Positions 12,412 through 24,792 of a DNA stretch of 64,000 nucleotides are shown in pieces. The position numbers were made by a program, and so were the translations under genes. A model generated the notes under the pieces. It was not told where the DNA came from, made no database searches, and saw only the letters and a list, made by a program, of their open reading frames with translations. The stretch's first letter is position 1. Each line of letters begins with the position of its first letter. The stretch is from Callorhinchus milii. Its lineage: Eukaryota. The stretch spans positions 31,870,001-31,934,000 of the forward strand of contig NW_024704742.1 in NCBI RefSeq assembly GCF_018977255.1, read 5' to 3'.

Positions 12412-13072
12412 AATCCTACATCATTGAAAAGCAAATAGTTATATGTTCAGCCAAAGGTCCATCTCTATCTGGTGTGCTTTGTATTTTATTGGACTTAGTG
12501 AAATGCTGTTTTGTGAGTTAAAACAAAACACAATCCTTTAACTATGAGAGAATAACAAAAACTCAATTCTGTAAATAGACCAGAAACATTTCACTTACTG
12601 GGACAGTTGAGTGGATATTTCATTGATTGCTAAAACCTTGTTTGGTTTGAACCGATACAGCGGATCAAAATTAGTAGCACATCTGAGTTCTTAAGGGATA
12701 AGGACATTCCCACATTCTAAAGAGGAGAAATATTGTTCTTATTGAGGAGGAAAAGTGCAGAAGATCCACACTGCTCACAAAGTGAAAATAGACAAGCAAT
12801 GTCTGTTTTCGATGTGAATCACTCTGGCGTTGTGTCACACATTCACAACACTGGCGAGAAACTTGTCAGGCCATGTGCTTGGGCAGGGGCAACATTGCCC
12901 CTTGAAGAGCAAGCCTGGAAATTGTCTCCTACATAAGGGCTCATAAATCAGTTGTTTTTTACTCTGGAATGCAACAAAGCCTTGAGATGATTAAATAGCC
13001 TTTGTCTGTATTCCAGGTTTTGACCAGTTCCCATTTCAGAAAAAAAAACTCTTGCTTCTTTGGAGTTTCTGC

Positions 13073-13388
13073 GGAGTCCTAGTGGTTAGCAGGCTCGCCT
13101 CGCAAGTGAGAGGACCAGGATTCGATTCCCGGGCGGGTCGAAACCTTAGGCAAGTTTCCTTGCTCCTCACGCCTCTGTAGGAACCAGGTTGTTAATCGAT
13201 TAGTGGATCGTTTTCCGGGGATAATAATCCCTCAAAAAAATTCACGACTGTTTATGGGACATTGCTGTGTGTAATTGGTTGGCGGGTTTCGCCCACAAAA
13301 TACGCAGTAAAATCTACTTTACAATATGCTTTGAGAAGTCTCAACGACGTAATAAGGCACTATATAAAATGCAAGGATTATTATTATT
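13073..13388 (+). mobile_element. tRNA(Ala)-like SINE, long form
   Basis: Head with A box (AGTGG) and B box (GATTCGATTCC), CCTTAGGCAAGT core, L2-like tail and (ATT)n. Confidence 0.9.
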
Positions 13389-15180
13389 TAACTGTTGTAT
13401 CAAATACAGTGAGTCTTCTATTAACTACCTCACTTCTCTCACTCACATTTAAGTGCAATTCGATTTGATAAAATAAAGCTGCGATTTCTCCGTATGGAAT
13501 GGATGTGCTAGTCATATTCACCCTTAAGCTGTGACTGACGTATATTTTGAGTAACAATAGATCTTTAGAATAATAATTGGTAGGCTATAAATTATAGCAT
13601 GTTTTTCTGGCTATTTAATGTTCCAATGTAATAATCCCATATCTAGGGAGGAGTGATGGATGTTACTGTCAGCCAAGTGAGTTTTCCTCAGTCACCTCAA
13701 GGTATACGTATGCACCTTATGTTGCTAACACAAATAAGACTTTGTTTTGACAACATATGAATACTCTTATAAGTGATTGGAAATCTTTACATCAGGATAT
13801 AAACTTTGGGGAATCGCATGAGCAAAGTGAGTGAGTTGAGAGAAAGTGAGCAAGAAGTTCAAGTCAAGAAGTGACCCAAAGAGAGAAGGAGAGGAATGAC
13901 TTGGGAGAAAGGTAGAAAGCCCAACAAACTAGATAAATGAAAAAGAGTCAGCTACCGAGGTATGGGGAAAGTGCAGGTCAATAGGACTGAAAGGATTACT
14001 CTTAAAAAAAGCCAGCACAGAAAATGATGAGCCGAATGCAGAAGTTTCTATGGTTCTATAGAAGGAAAATGAATAAACTATTAGTAAAAAGATTGGGGCA
14101 TGAATGCCAAAGGGTCAAAGTGACAGTTTAATGCAACTTTGTTAAAGCTGTGCTTATGGTATAAACAAAAACACAATGAGGAACTTCATTTGAGTATCAA
14201 AAACAGTCTAAAAGGCTGAACCATAGGAAGGGTTCCTGGAATTTGGGAAGAGAGAATAATATCTGTGCATGAAGAAAGAATATGAGATAATTAGAGGTCT
14301 AGAGAGAGTACAAGAGAAACAAGGAGAAATAGAAACAAGTTGACAGGCGAGTCAAAGTAAATGATATTAATGGGGGCAACTTTGAACGTCTAAAAAGCTT
14401 ATACTTTCAAAGTTGTACTGTTAGACCTATGGTGGATGTGGGAGCGAAGGATTCTTATCTATTTTTTCTCTATTGGAATAAGAAGGCACCATCATGTCTG
14501 CTTAGGTACGACTTCTCTTTTCAAACATTATGTTTGTCTCCCCTCCTCTCTCTCTCTCCCCCACACCCCCCATGTGTGATACAATCACAAACAGACAAAG
14601 TGACAGATTGGGATCAGTCCACCCACTCCTGGGGGCTGAAGCCCGGTTTGGTTTTCCTATTTCCCCTGTATCTGCAACAGGAATGAGCTCGTGCCAGATA
14701 GGATACCATGCTGGTGGGTTCATGCTGCAGCCTACTTTGATTTCCAAATGTTGTTTTCCTTTAAACCTATTTAAGGATGAATTTTGCTGTGTGCAGAATG
14801 AACTGCAGATAAACATGTGCCTGATTCAAATATAGGATTACAGTGAGCCAAGTCACTCCTCAAATTATCCACACACAAAATCAAATTCCTGACCCCAACA
14901 ATACCATTTATGTATGTTTTCAGTATCATTTTGTTCTAATTACTCTCCTACATCAGTACATTAACAATTGACAGGCCAGCAAACGAAGGCCAAATCCGCA
15001 AACATTTGTGATCTCTGGCAAAGTATCCAATGTGTGCAATAAACCCTTTGCTGATGAGAAACTAATGGGCCTGTGCACGGATTGTTCTTTTTTAGTAGAG
15101 TTTCTGAAAATTATTAACAAACAATAACAACCCTTGACTCGCCACAGCACCACAGCATATTAAAATTATCTTAGGTATCA

Positions 15181-15548
15181 GCCTGGCTCTGTTGGTAATC
15201 CTCCTGCCACTGAGGTCCTAATAATAATAATAATCCTGCATTTTATATGACACCTTATCACATTGTTATGGCATCGCAAAGCGCTTCACAAAATATACTG
15301 TAAAGTGAATTTTGTGTATTTTGTGGGTGAAAAGTGGGTTTTGGGTTCAGAAGGTTGTGGGTTCAAGTTTCAAGTCAGGACTTTGGGTTCATAATCTAGG
15401 GTGACACTCCAGCACAGGGCCAGGGGAGTGATGCATTGTCAGGGTTGCAGTCTTTTGGATGAGATGTTAAATTGAAAGTCCGTGAAGTGCTTTGCGATTT
15501 TACAACAACGTGATAAGGCACTATATCAAATGTAAAAATTATTATAAT
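15181..15548 (+). mobile_element. SacSINE1/DeuSINE-like element interrupted by a minus-strand SINE tail (about 15219-15335)
   Basis: TCAGAAGGTTGTGGGTTCAAG...ATAATCTAGGGTGACACTCCAG...GGATGAGATGTTAAA, recognised from memory of the DeuSINE family consensus. Confidence 0.7.
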
Positions 15549-15764
15549 ATATTTGCTTAATGGGAATTGTGTAATGAGAACCATTTTGCTGCCATGCACT
15601 TATCATTGTCCCATAAACAGCCATGAAATTAATAATTAATTTATCTGGAGGATGGTTTACCAGGACACCAAGAGCACCTCTCTTCTCTTTTCAGATAATG
15701 CTATGGGTTCTGTAATGTTCAACTGAACAGACAGTTTAACATCTCATTTGATAGTAAGCATTTA

Positions 15765-16230
15765 GAACCATAGAACTATCAGAACCAGAGAAATATATGC
15801 ACAGAAGAAGGTTATTTGGTTCATTGTGTCAGGCCCAGGTCCTTTAAGAGTAATTCTTTAAGTCACATTTACCTGCCCTTTCCACATGCCCGCATAGCTG
15901 ACTTTTTTTAAGGTATCTATCTGGTTCCCTTTTGAAAGCCAATATGGACTCTGCCTCAACCACTGTTTCTCAACAGGACATTCCATTTCGTAACTGCTCT
16001 GTGCGTGAATTTTTTTTCCTAATCTCTGCATTTGCTTGTTTACTAACTATTTTAAAATGATGCCCTCTTGTCTCACTGCCTCATTGACCAGTGGAAATTA
16101 TTTCTCCCTTTTGACTCTGCCAAACTCCCACAGAATTTTAAAGATCTCCATCAGGCCACACCTCGACTTCCTTTGTTCCAGCGGAAAAAATCCAAGTTCC
16201 TCCATGGTGTGCTCATAGGCCAAACCACTT
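15765..16230 (-). mobile_element. CR1 LINE 3' fragment (degenerate)
   Basis: Reverse-complement CR1 tail (catagaa...cacagaagaagg...) and similarity to the 58290-58700 region. Confidence 0.75.
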
Positions 16231-17827
16231 ATTCCCGGTATTATACTGGAGTGTTAGCCTCAACTATTGTATATGTAGATAGTGAGACAAATCTCAAATT
16301 TTCTTTCCAGTAAAGCTTCAATGTCTCTTCAGAAAGACTGTACTTCTAACAATGCAGTACTCCTCCAGTACCAAGTGAAAGTGTCAGTCTAGAATAAGAG
16401 CTAATACCAAGTATAATTTTTTTTTCTCCACTTTTCAATGACACAGTGGGAAAATGGACCATGTACGTTGGTACCTAACCGGCTTGGTTAGCGAGATCCT
16501 AGGTTCCATTCCCAGACTAAACTGATTTAGGAAATCCTATTATCTTCACAGCTGAGGAAGAGATTTAAACGTTAAACGAAAGATCACACTGCTCTCCTTC
16601 ATCAGCACCATGCAAGGAGAACGATAATCTTGGCTAGGATGTCACTACAGTCGATTAAGTGCTCTGAGATTCTAACCTACATGAAGGGCACTATATAAAT
16701 GCAAGCTGTTGTAGATTAGTGTAGTGATACTACTGCCTAGATTCACAGAGCAAGAATAGGATTTGTACCTAAGGACTGCTTCTTATACAAATGTGCTGGA
16801 CTGTGAGATGGCAGCTTCAGGATAATAATAATCTGCTCAAATGCTGATATTATTGTTTAAAGAAATCTTTAGATATTCCAATATTGACTATATTGTATTC
16901 AGGTATAATCATCAGCACGTTACAGTGAGCGATCAACAGAAATGATCACTCGCCTCCCTAGACCCTGAATCCAATTCTAGCTGCTTCTAAAATATGTAGC
17001 TGTATGTGGCTCTCTTTGTGTAGTCACCAACTAGTGACTGTCTTCCTAGGTGTGTGAGGGAGGCAAGCGAGGCTGAGCTGGTTTTAGGGTGATGTGTTTG
17101 GTAATGGTGTTCCCGAAATTAGGTTAGCAGGGTGCATCCCTCCAGGGAGAGTCTGCACAGCCATACCAGACACAAGAACATTTAAATTTGTTTGGATACT
17201 ATTAAGTATGGTGATGAGTTTCCTCATGTGCTTCCCGACTGAACAAACCAAATTGTGCAGATCAGGAAGAAAACATCGCTTGGTAACTGCTATTTCAACA
17301 TCAATTTAAAACTATTGCTTCACCATCTGGACTGTGTTGTAATACTTTACTGACAATCAAAGGGTTGTGTTATTGTAGCTGCACAAATGGTCTCAAACGT
17401 CATGAAAGAGTGCAATGTAATTACATTTCACAGCAGATCACCAGGGAGTTCCCTATGCCGTTTACTTTACATGGAGAATAATGGATTCATGGGAGTAGTT
17501 AGTAAACAGCTATCTAATAGAGAAGTACCAATATGATTCTGAACTAGGAAACAAAAAACTTAATTTATGGTACAGTCTCTCCTGGATTCAAAAATGCACA
17601 GATTCATACTGTTCAGTGATCAAGTTTGTGCTGGTGTTTTTCTATACATGAGCTACTTACTCTCCTCTACTCCCCATCACCTCTATTATTTGTTAACCAT
17701 TTATCTAATTCACTATCAAATGATTTTATGGAGTCTGCTTCAACTATGACTTGTGGCAGATAATTCCACGTTCCAACCACTCTCTGTATGAAGATATTTT
17801 TCCTTGCTTCAGTTCTTTTTGTGAATA

Positions 17828-18209
17828 CAATCAAACCTGTTAAAGCAGCCACTTGTATTCAGCAACCCACCTGCCTTCACCAATCACCCTGGAACAGTCC
17901 GGACCGATATTCCATAATAAATTGCCTCCATTCAGCAACCACCTGTCTCTATTTTAGTCCTGTCGGTGTACACGTAGGCCTGTGGAAATTTTGGTCCCGC
18001 AGAAACAGTAATGATTTGTATTTTGTAATTGATATTTTACTTTATTGAAGCTAGTTTGATTTATGGGTTCGGATTTTTCTGTATTTTTCTATACACTTAT
18101 ACACAAAAAATTGTACACACACCAATGAACCCTTACTCAGAGGCCACCCTTATGTAAAAGCCACTTCAGTCCAGTCCTGCTGAGTGGTTGCTGAAAACAG
18201 GTTTGACTT
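17828..18209. mobile_element. Tc1/mariner-pogo-type MITE inserted at a TA inside a CR1 fragment
   Basis: Imperfect TIRs CAATCAAACCTGTTAAAGCAGCCAC and GTGGTTGCTGAAAACAGGTTTGACTT. TA lies on both sides (17826-27, 18210-11), and the flanks rejoin as CR1 sequence. Confidence 0.8.
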
Positions 18210-18339
18210 TATCTTAAATGTGTGCCCTCTGGTAACCAGCGTAAATAATCCATTAACATTTCCCCTACATCCTTGATCACACATTTAGATTATAGAGAGG
18301 GCAGTCGTAATAATATAAATGCTGCATTGATTTTCTGCG

Positions 18340-19500
18340 ATTTTTTTCTGCGTTGGATAGTTTTGTGAGTGTCATGGTTCTGTCCTTGAATGGTTCAGAT
18401 CCTACCCCTCACACGTCTCCACTTCATCTCCACAAACGGCTTCTCCTCTAGCTCCCCCACCATCTTGTGCAGGGTTTCATCAGGGCTCTGTCCTTAGTCC
18501 CCTCCTCTTTAACATCTCTATACTCCCCCTCGGTGACATCATCCACAGACATGGGGTCAACTTCCACATGTATGCGGATGACACCCAACACTATCTCTCT
18601 GACTCCACCCTTGACTCCAGGACCACTGCTGTGCTGACTGAATGTCTGTCAGACATCAAGTCCTGGATGAGAGCTAACTTTCTACAGCTGAACATCAACA
18701 ACACTGAGGTCCTCCTGACTGGCTCCTGTCAGCGCCTCCACACCTCAGGCACTGACAGTATCACCATTCATGGATGCATAATCCACCTCACCGAGCCAGT
18801 CCAGAACCTTAGCATCTTGTTTGACCCTCAACTGTCTTTTCTACCCCACATCTGTGCCATGATCCGCTCTGCCTTGCCCACCTCCACAACATCGCCTGGT
18901 CATGACAACGTCTCACACTGCAGGCAGCCAAGACCCTCATACACGCCTCCCCAACTCCTCTCTCCATAGGTTGCAGATCATCCAGAACTCTGTAGCCCAC
19001 ACCAGGCTCCACAACCCTATCACCCCATCCTCGCCCAACTCCACTGGCTTCCATCACACAGAGCATACAGTTCAAGATCTTAGTCCTCACTTTCAAAGCC
19101 CTCCATGGCCTTGCTCCCCACTACCTCTGCAACCTCCTAGCACCTTACAAGCCTACCCGCTCCCTCTGCTCAGCAGGCTCCGACCTACTTCACATCTCCT
19201 ACCTTGACCGCACACCATTGGTGGGCGGACTTTCAGCCACTCTGCTCCCATCCTCTGGAACTCCATCCCACAGTCCCTTCACCTCATCCCCTCCCTTACC
19301 TCCTTCAAGACCAGTCTCAATACCTTCATCTTCGACCGTGTCTTTGGTCACCTTCCTTCCTACTCTGCCCTCCATCCTCCTCAATCCTGACCCCCAACTA
19401 AGCTCAGGTCCGAAACACTGTTTGTCCAGCGCCTTGGGACATCCTCCCGATGTGAAAGGCACCATGCAAATGTAATTTTGTTGTTGTTGTTGTTGCTGTT
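18340..19500 (+). mobile_element. L2 LINE, 5'-truncated, RT remnant
   Basis: QGSVLSPLLF...HMYADDTQ...CLSDIKSWMRANFLQLN...LQIIQN, frameshifted, with a (TTG)n tail. Confidence 0.95.
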
Positions 19501-20355
19501 TGTTGTCACTGACAAAGGCAACCATATGTGTATGCTCCAAGCAATGAACATTGACAGTTTCAGAAATTCTCTCACCCACTTAATTCTCATAATCTGACAG
19601 AGTTGGTTTCAGTTTTGTAGGATCGGCTGCTGTCAATGTTAGTCAAGTAATAAAAAATGCTATCAGTAATATTCAGGCCTAGAGATAAGGGAAATGCATC
19701 TGGCTGAATACAAATATCTACATTTTTAAATTTCATTCAACAGAATCATAGAAATTTGCAGTATAGAAGGAGGCCATTTGATGCTTTTTGCCTGTGCAAT
19801 TTCTCTGAAAGAACTATCTGTTTAAAATTCTTTGACAGCAAAAAACTGTCTAACTTTCTAGGTTAGATTGCTATAAATCCTATTGTGGGAAGAGATCTGA
19901 CTTTTGATATATCATTACGGGAGCAATACCCGTATCAGTCAATTACTGCCCACCATACACTTCTGAATGTACAGCAGTTGTGTTAGTTATCGCCAAAATG
20001 TTTTTACGTCTCACACCCAGCAGCAAATTGGCAAAGCCTGGGATGTTTACTGTGAAACGAGGGGACATTGTTTGAGAGGGAATGACACTGCGACTGAGAT
20101 AAGAAGAGGATATCTGTGTGAAAATGATTTCAGACAAAGCTAGCTTTCACAGCATCTCAATAACGTGACGGAGTTCAGTGAGAAGAGACAATCTTACAAC
20201 CAAGAGCACACAAAAACCTGATACTCAGCCCTCCAGGGCACCTGCATTGGGTCGTTTTTACACAGCCCCCTTCAATCTGGAGTGTTATGTTTGTCTCAAA
20301 TGATGCTGCTACCTTTTTTTCATTCCCCTTACGTCCTGTTTTCCCCCTCCTGTAG

Positions 20356-20509
20356 ATTCAGCCCTGTAGCAGTGATAAAGAGTGCGGGACCAGGGGATAC
20401 TGCCAGCATTCTCATCACCAAAGCTTCCCTACCTGCTTGTCCTGCCGGAGAAGGAAGAAACGCTGCCACCGAGATGCAATGTGCTGCCCGGGAAACTACT
20501 GCAGTAACG
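20356..20509 (+). CDS. dkk2: Dickkopf-related protein 2, coding exon 2 (N-terminal Cys-rich domain)
   Basis: Acceptor ttttccccctcctgtag. Translates IQPCSSDKECGTRGYCQHSHHQSFPTCLSCRRRKKRCHRDAMCCPGNYCSN, the DKK2-type PCSSDKEC...RCHRDxMCCP pattern. 154 nt, donor G|gtacac, phase 1. This frame is not shown in the ORF track. Confidence 0.96.
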
Positions 20510-20529
20510 GTACACTTATTTTATTTACG

Positions 20530-20652
20530 CTGCAAATACATCACAAATATACAGTCATTTCACTTTACAATATATTCTGTAAAGCGCTTTGAGATGTCGA
20601 GAAGACGTGAAAAGCACTATATCAAATGCAAGGATTATTATTATTATTATTA
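20530..20652 (+). mobile_element. SINE 3' tail
   Basis: CACTTTACAATATATTCTGTAAAGCGCTTTGAGA...AAATGCAAGG(ATT)n. Confidence 0.85.
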
Positions 20653-20817
20653 TACATGCACATCACTGGTGAATGGATATTTATTTCCCTGTGTCTGGAC
20701 TGCATTGCACACTATCTCCCTGGAGGACGCATTCTACTTACCCAAGGGCACGTTGATTAGAGCCAAAACCTGGGGACCCCAGAGGGTGCCTCAGGGAACC
20801 AGTGCAGGTTGTATGAT

Positions 20818-21005
20818 GTAATTATTCTTGCGTTTGATTTATCACGTTGTTGGGATGTCTCAAAGCACTTTACAGAATATACTGTAAAGTGAATTTTGTA
20901 GGCGAAACGCAGCAGCCAATTGCACACGGCAGTATCCCACAAACAGTCATGGATTGAGTGACCAAATTATTATTATTTAATTTGTTTTAAGGGATTATTA
21001 CCTCC
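20818..21005 (-). mobile_element. SINE, 5'-truncated
   Basis: Reverse complement of the same SINE body and tail. Confidence 0.85.
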
Positions 21006-22222
21006 TGGTGAGAGCCAAAACCTGGGGACCTCAGATTGTGCCTAGGGCTACCAGTGCAGTTTAACCAGCTAAAACCACAAATAGTTTCCAATAACAAAGA
21101 GCCCTGCACAACCACACATAAGGAAATTGTGTTGAACACTACTAATGGGTGACAAATGGCAAGTCATTGTTAACGTTTTAAAAACCCAGAGGAGGGCAGT
21201 GATAGTAAGGATTAATATTAATAACCGTATGGGTGAGTGGTCCCAATGGATCACCCGGAACTTTTAAACGTTTTTTTGCTTCTCATCAGCCTGTGTTCTA
21301 CTGCAGACAGGCACATTGATTCAAAGTAGTTTCACTGAAACTCCTTTCACTTTAAGCAGTTTGTCTATCTCAAAACTCACTTAGGTCTTAAAAAGGTCTT
21401 AAATTTTGACTTAATTTGGATTCGGATTTTCCATAGTCACACCAAAAAAAACTGGAAAATTGACTTCTGAACTATGACTGAATTCAAGAATATTCCAACG
21501 CGCTGCACAATCTTAAGTCTTAAGACAATGGTCTGAAGCTTAAGGAATTTAAGAGGAAACCTGAGCTCCTTGTTAGAACAGAGGAGAGGGAGATTAGTGT
21601 TATATTGAACCCATGCTGCATCAATGAGTGGCCAATGGTGATCTGGCTATAAAGACTGGTAAAAGGTTCCATCCTAACACTAGCATTGCGACGAGCATAT
21701 TCCTCAATGTGGGATAAATCAAGCAGTGTCAGGCTGAGAAATAAACTGGCTGTTTTTAGACCTCATAATGAGGCTGACATCATTCAGGGATTTCTTACTC
21801 TCTAATCCAGTGCTGCCAAGATCTTTACTTTAATCATAGCATGTGCTGTGAGGCTTTCATGTTCCTTTTTTTTAAAATTGAACTTATTGAAAACAAACAT
21901 TTAGTCTGATTTTTGGGCTAAGTGCTTTGTGCGCACGCAGACAGACAGACAGAGCGGAAATGGCATAACAAGGGGTCTGAGTGCAGTCAGTGGCTGGCTG
22001 CCTTTTGGTGCTGAGTTCTTTAATGCCCAGCACCCTAGAGCAGTGGGTAGCTTGCACTCGGGCAACTGTAATGTACCCGATAGGGCACAGTTTGTCAGAC
22101 CATCACTGAAGTGTAAGCCTAAGTAAAGGGACAGTGATAACCACCTGATCCTGAGCACTTAACAAAACAACTGGGAAAACTGATTCAAACACAAATGAAC
22201 TTGTGGGAATTTTTCTTCTTAT

Positions 22223-22497
22223 AGTAATAATAATCCTTGCATTTGATATAGCTTCTTATCACGTCTTCAAGATGTCTCAAAACTAAAGAGAATTGACTGT
22301 TTATTTTGTGGGCGAAATGCAAACACTCAAAACAAATAGCCATGGATTAGTGACCAAATATTTTTCTTATTTTTTTAAGGGATTATTATCCCTGGAAAAG
22401 TGATCCGCCAATCGACTAACAACCAGGTTCCTACTTACTGCTGGGTAAATAGATGCATGTGGAATAAGGAAACTTGCCTAAGGTTTCGCCCTGCCCT
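22223..22497 (-). mobile_element. SINE, long form, 5'-truncated
   Basis: Reverse complement of the family consensus, including the CAGCAGTAAGTAGGAACC segment. Confidence 0.85.
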
Positions 22498-23356
22498 GCC
22501 CTATCCTATTCAGCTGGAAGACACACACACTCAAAACACTTTACAGTAAATACTGTGCAGTGCTTTGAGACGTCTTCCCATCGTGAAGCCATATATCGAA
22601 TGCAATGATTATTCTTATTATTCATTTCTTTTCCAATCAAGTTTCTAAATGATCAAAACAAACAGTGCCATTTTTTCCCTCTTTCTTGCTCAAAATGTCT
22701 CTCTTTACCTGTGCTTTTGTTTATCTTTCCCACTCCACTCAACTCCCATCCATAACTTTGATGTACCATCCACATTGTGAGAAGCTTTGAGATGTCCTGA
22801 CATGAAAGGCACAATATAAATGATACCTAAAGCTCAGTAATCAAAAGACTAGTTTACCTGTCCATCCTCACATCCCTACTATTGGTTAGCCCAGTGCCTT
22901 GGGATGTCCTCCTGATGTGAAAGGTGCTTTACAAATGTAATTTTGTTGTTGTTGTTGAACCCTGTCTGGTTGTTTTCCACCGGTAGTATTTTCTTGCTCA
23001 GAACAGTTCACAATATTCTATAGAGTAATTAATCATTCATCTCTGTGTATGTTTAACCTCTACAGCCTTTCATGCCAACCAAATGTTTATTCATTTCATT
23101 TTTGAAGTACTGTATTCCTAGCAAAATAACAGTAACTGCTCGACCACGTTTCTAATATCGGGTGATATACTAACTAACGTTGCTTTTTCACAAGACTGCC
23201 GCAAAGAAAACAAGTGCATTTAGCCATGAGATTCCAACAACTCACTAAAATTCGAAGGTCCTTTTATTTAGTGTCAAGACCTATTGCCATTATACCTGGA
23301 GGTTGCATTGGGATCCAAAATCTGGTTTGGGCTTATATCTCATGGGATAATCATGT

Positions 23357-23665
23357 AGAGTCTTGTAGCACAGTGGTTAGAGCCCTTGCCTCGCAAGCAA
23401 GAGACCTGGGTTCAGTTCTCGGCAGGGTGAAACCTTGGGCAAGTTTCCTTACACCACACGTCTGATAATAGTCCCTTAAGAAAAAAAATAATAATTTGGT
23501 CACTCAATCCACGACTCTTTGTGGGACACTGCTGTGCGCAATTGGCTGCTGGGTTCTGCCCACAAAATATACAGCCAATTCACTTTACAGTATATTCTGT
23601 GAAGCGCTTTGAGACGTCTCGAAGATGTGAAAAGTGCTATATCAAATGCAAGGATTACTATTATT
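23357..23665 (+). mobile_element. SINE, short form, full length
   Basis: The tRNA-like head is followed by CCACACG joined directly to TGATAATA, lacking the internal segment of about 65 nt. Confidence 0.9.
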
Positions 23666-23812
23666 TATATTCAAATACATACTGGTTGCCTTTAATTGAC
23701 CACCATTGAAAAGAATTACAGATGATTCTATAATTTGTTTCAGTAGTTAATCATATGAGGAAATTGTGTGGATCTGAATATGGTTGGCTATTAGTCCACT
23801 TATTAGTGTGCT

Positions 23813-24048
23813 ATAATAATAATAATAATAATAACAATAATAATAATAATCCTTGCATTTGATACAGCGTTTTCACATCTTCTGGACGTCTCAAAGCTCT
23901 TCACAGAATATACTGTAAAGTGAATTGACTGTATATTTGTGGGCGAAATGCAGCAGCCAATTGCGCACAGCAGTGTCCCTCAAACAGTCGTGGATTGAAG
24001 TGACCAATTTTATTGTTGTTTTTTTTCTTGAGGGATTATTATCAGGCG
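23813..24048 (-). mobile_element. SINE, short form, 5'-truncated
   Basis: A long (AAT)n run followed by the reverse-complement SINE body. Confidence 0.9.
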
Positions 24049-24411
24049 TGTGGTTATTAACCCAAAACACAGCTTAGACCCCATTATTGTGGAGTGATTG
24101 ATCTCTATTCTGGAATTCAATATCTGGCTGAGGACCAGAAACAAATAGTAAGATCTACCCAGGAGATAAGTAACTCTACAAGTGAGGGCAACCAGATCAC
24201 TAATGAGGGTCACCATCACATAGATGTTATGGAAGCCTCACTTGTCCTGTATCATGGAGGCTTAAAAATAATAATAATCCTTGCATTTGGTGTAGTGCCT
24301 TTTAACTTTCTTTCTTTAAACTTTCTCGGTTTAACGTCCCATCTGAAGGATAGCACCTCCGACAACGCAGCACATTTCTAAGACTAGCTTAGACATCTTA
24401 GACTAGCTTAG

Positions 24412-24792
24412 GCTTAGTGGTTAGAATATTCGCCTCGCAAACGATAGGACCTTGGTTTGATTCCCGACATGGACAAAACATTAGGCAAGCTTCCTTACTC
24501 CACACTCCTCTGTTTTCTTAGCAGTAAATAGGAACCCAGTTGTTAGTCGATTGACGGATCGCTTGTTCGAGGATAATAATTCCTCCAAAAATAAATAAAT
24601 AAAAATAAGAATTTGGTCATTTAATCCATGACTGTTTGTGGGACACTGCTGTGCGCAATTGACTGACGCATTTTGCCCACAAAATATATAGTCAATTCAT
24701 TTTGCAGTATACTCTGTGAAGCTGTTTGAGACATCTCGAAGATTTGATAAGGCGCTATATCAAATGCAAGGTTTATTATTACATTATTATTA
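24412..24792 (+). mobile_element. SINE, long form
   Basis: Family head, core and tail. Confidence 0.88.

Noticed and set aside
18340..19500. Active or domesticated reverse transcriptase gene
   Set aside because: It is 5'-truncated with frameshifts and stops. The same holds for the other L2 and CR1 fragments.
20282..20821. 179-aa ORF overlapping exon 2
   Set aside because: It is an alternative frame over the real exon plus a SINE tail (KCKDYYYY from the ATT repeat).
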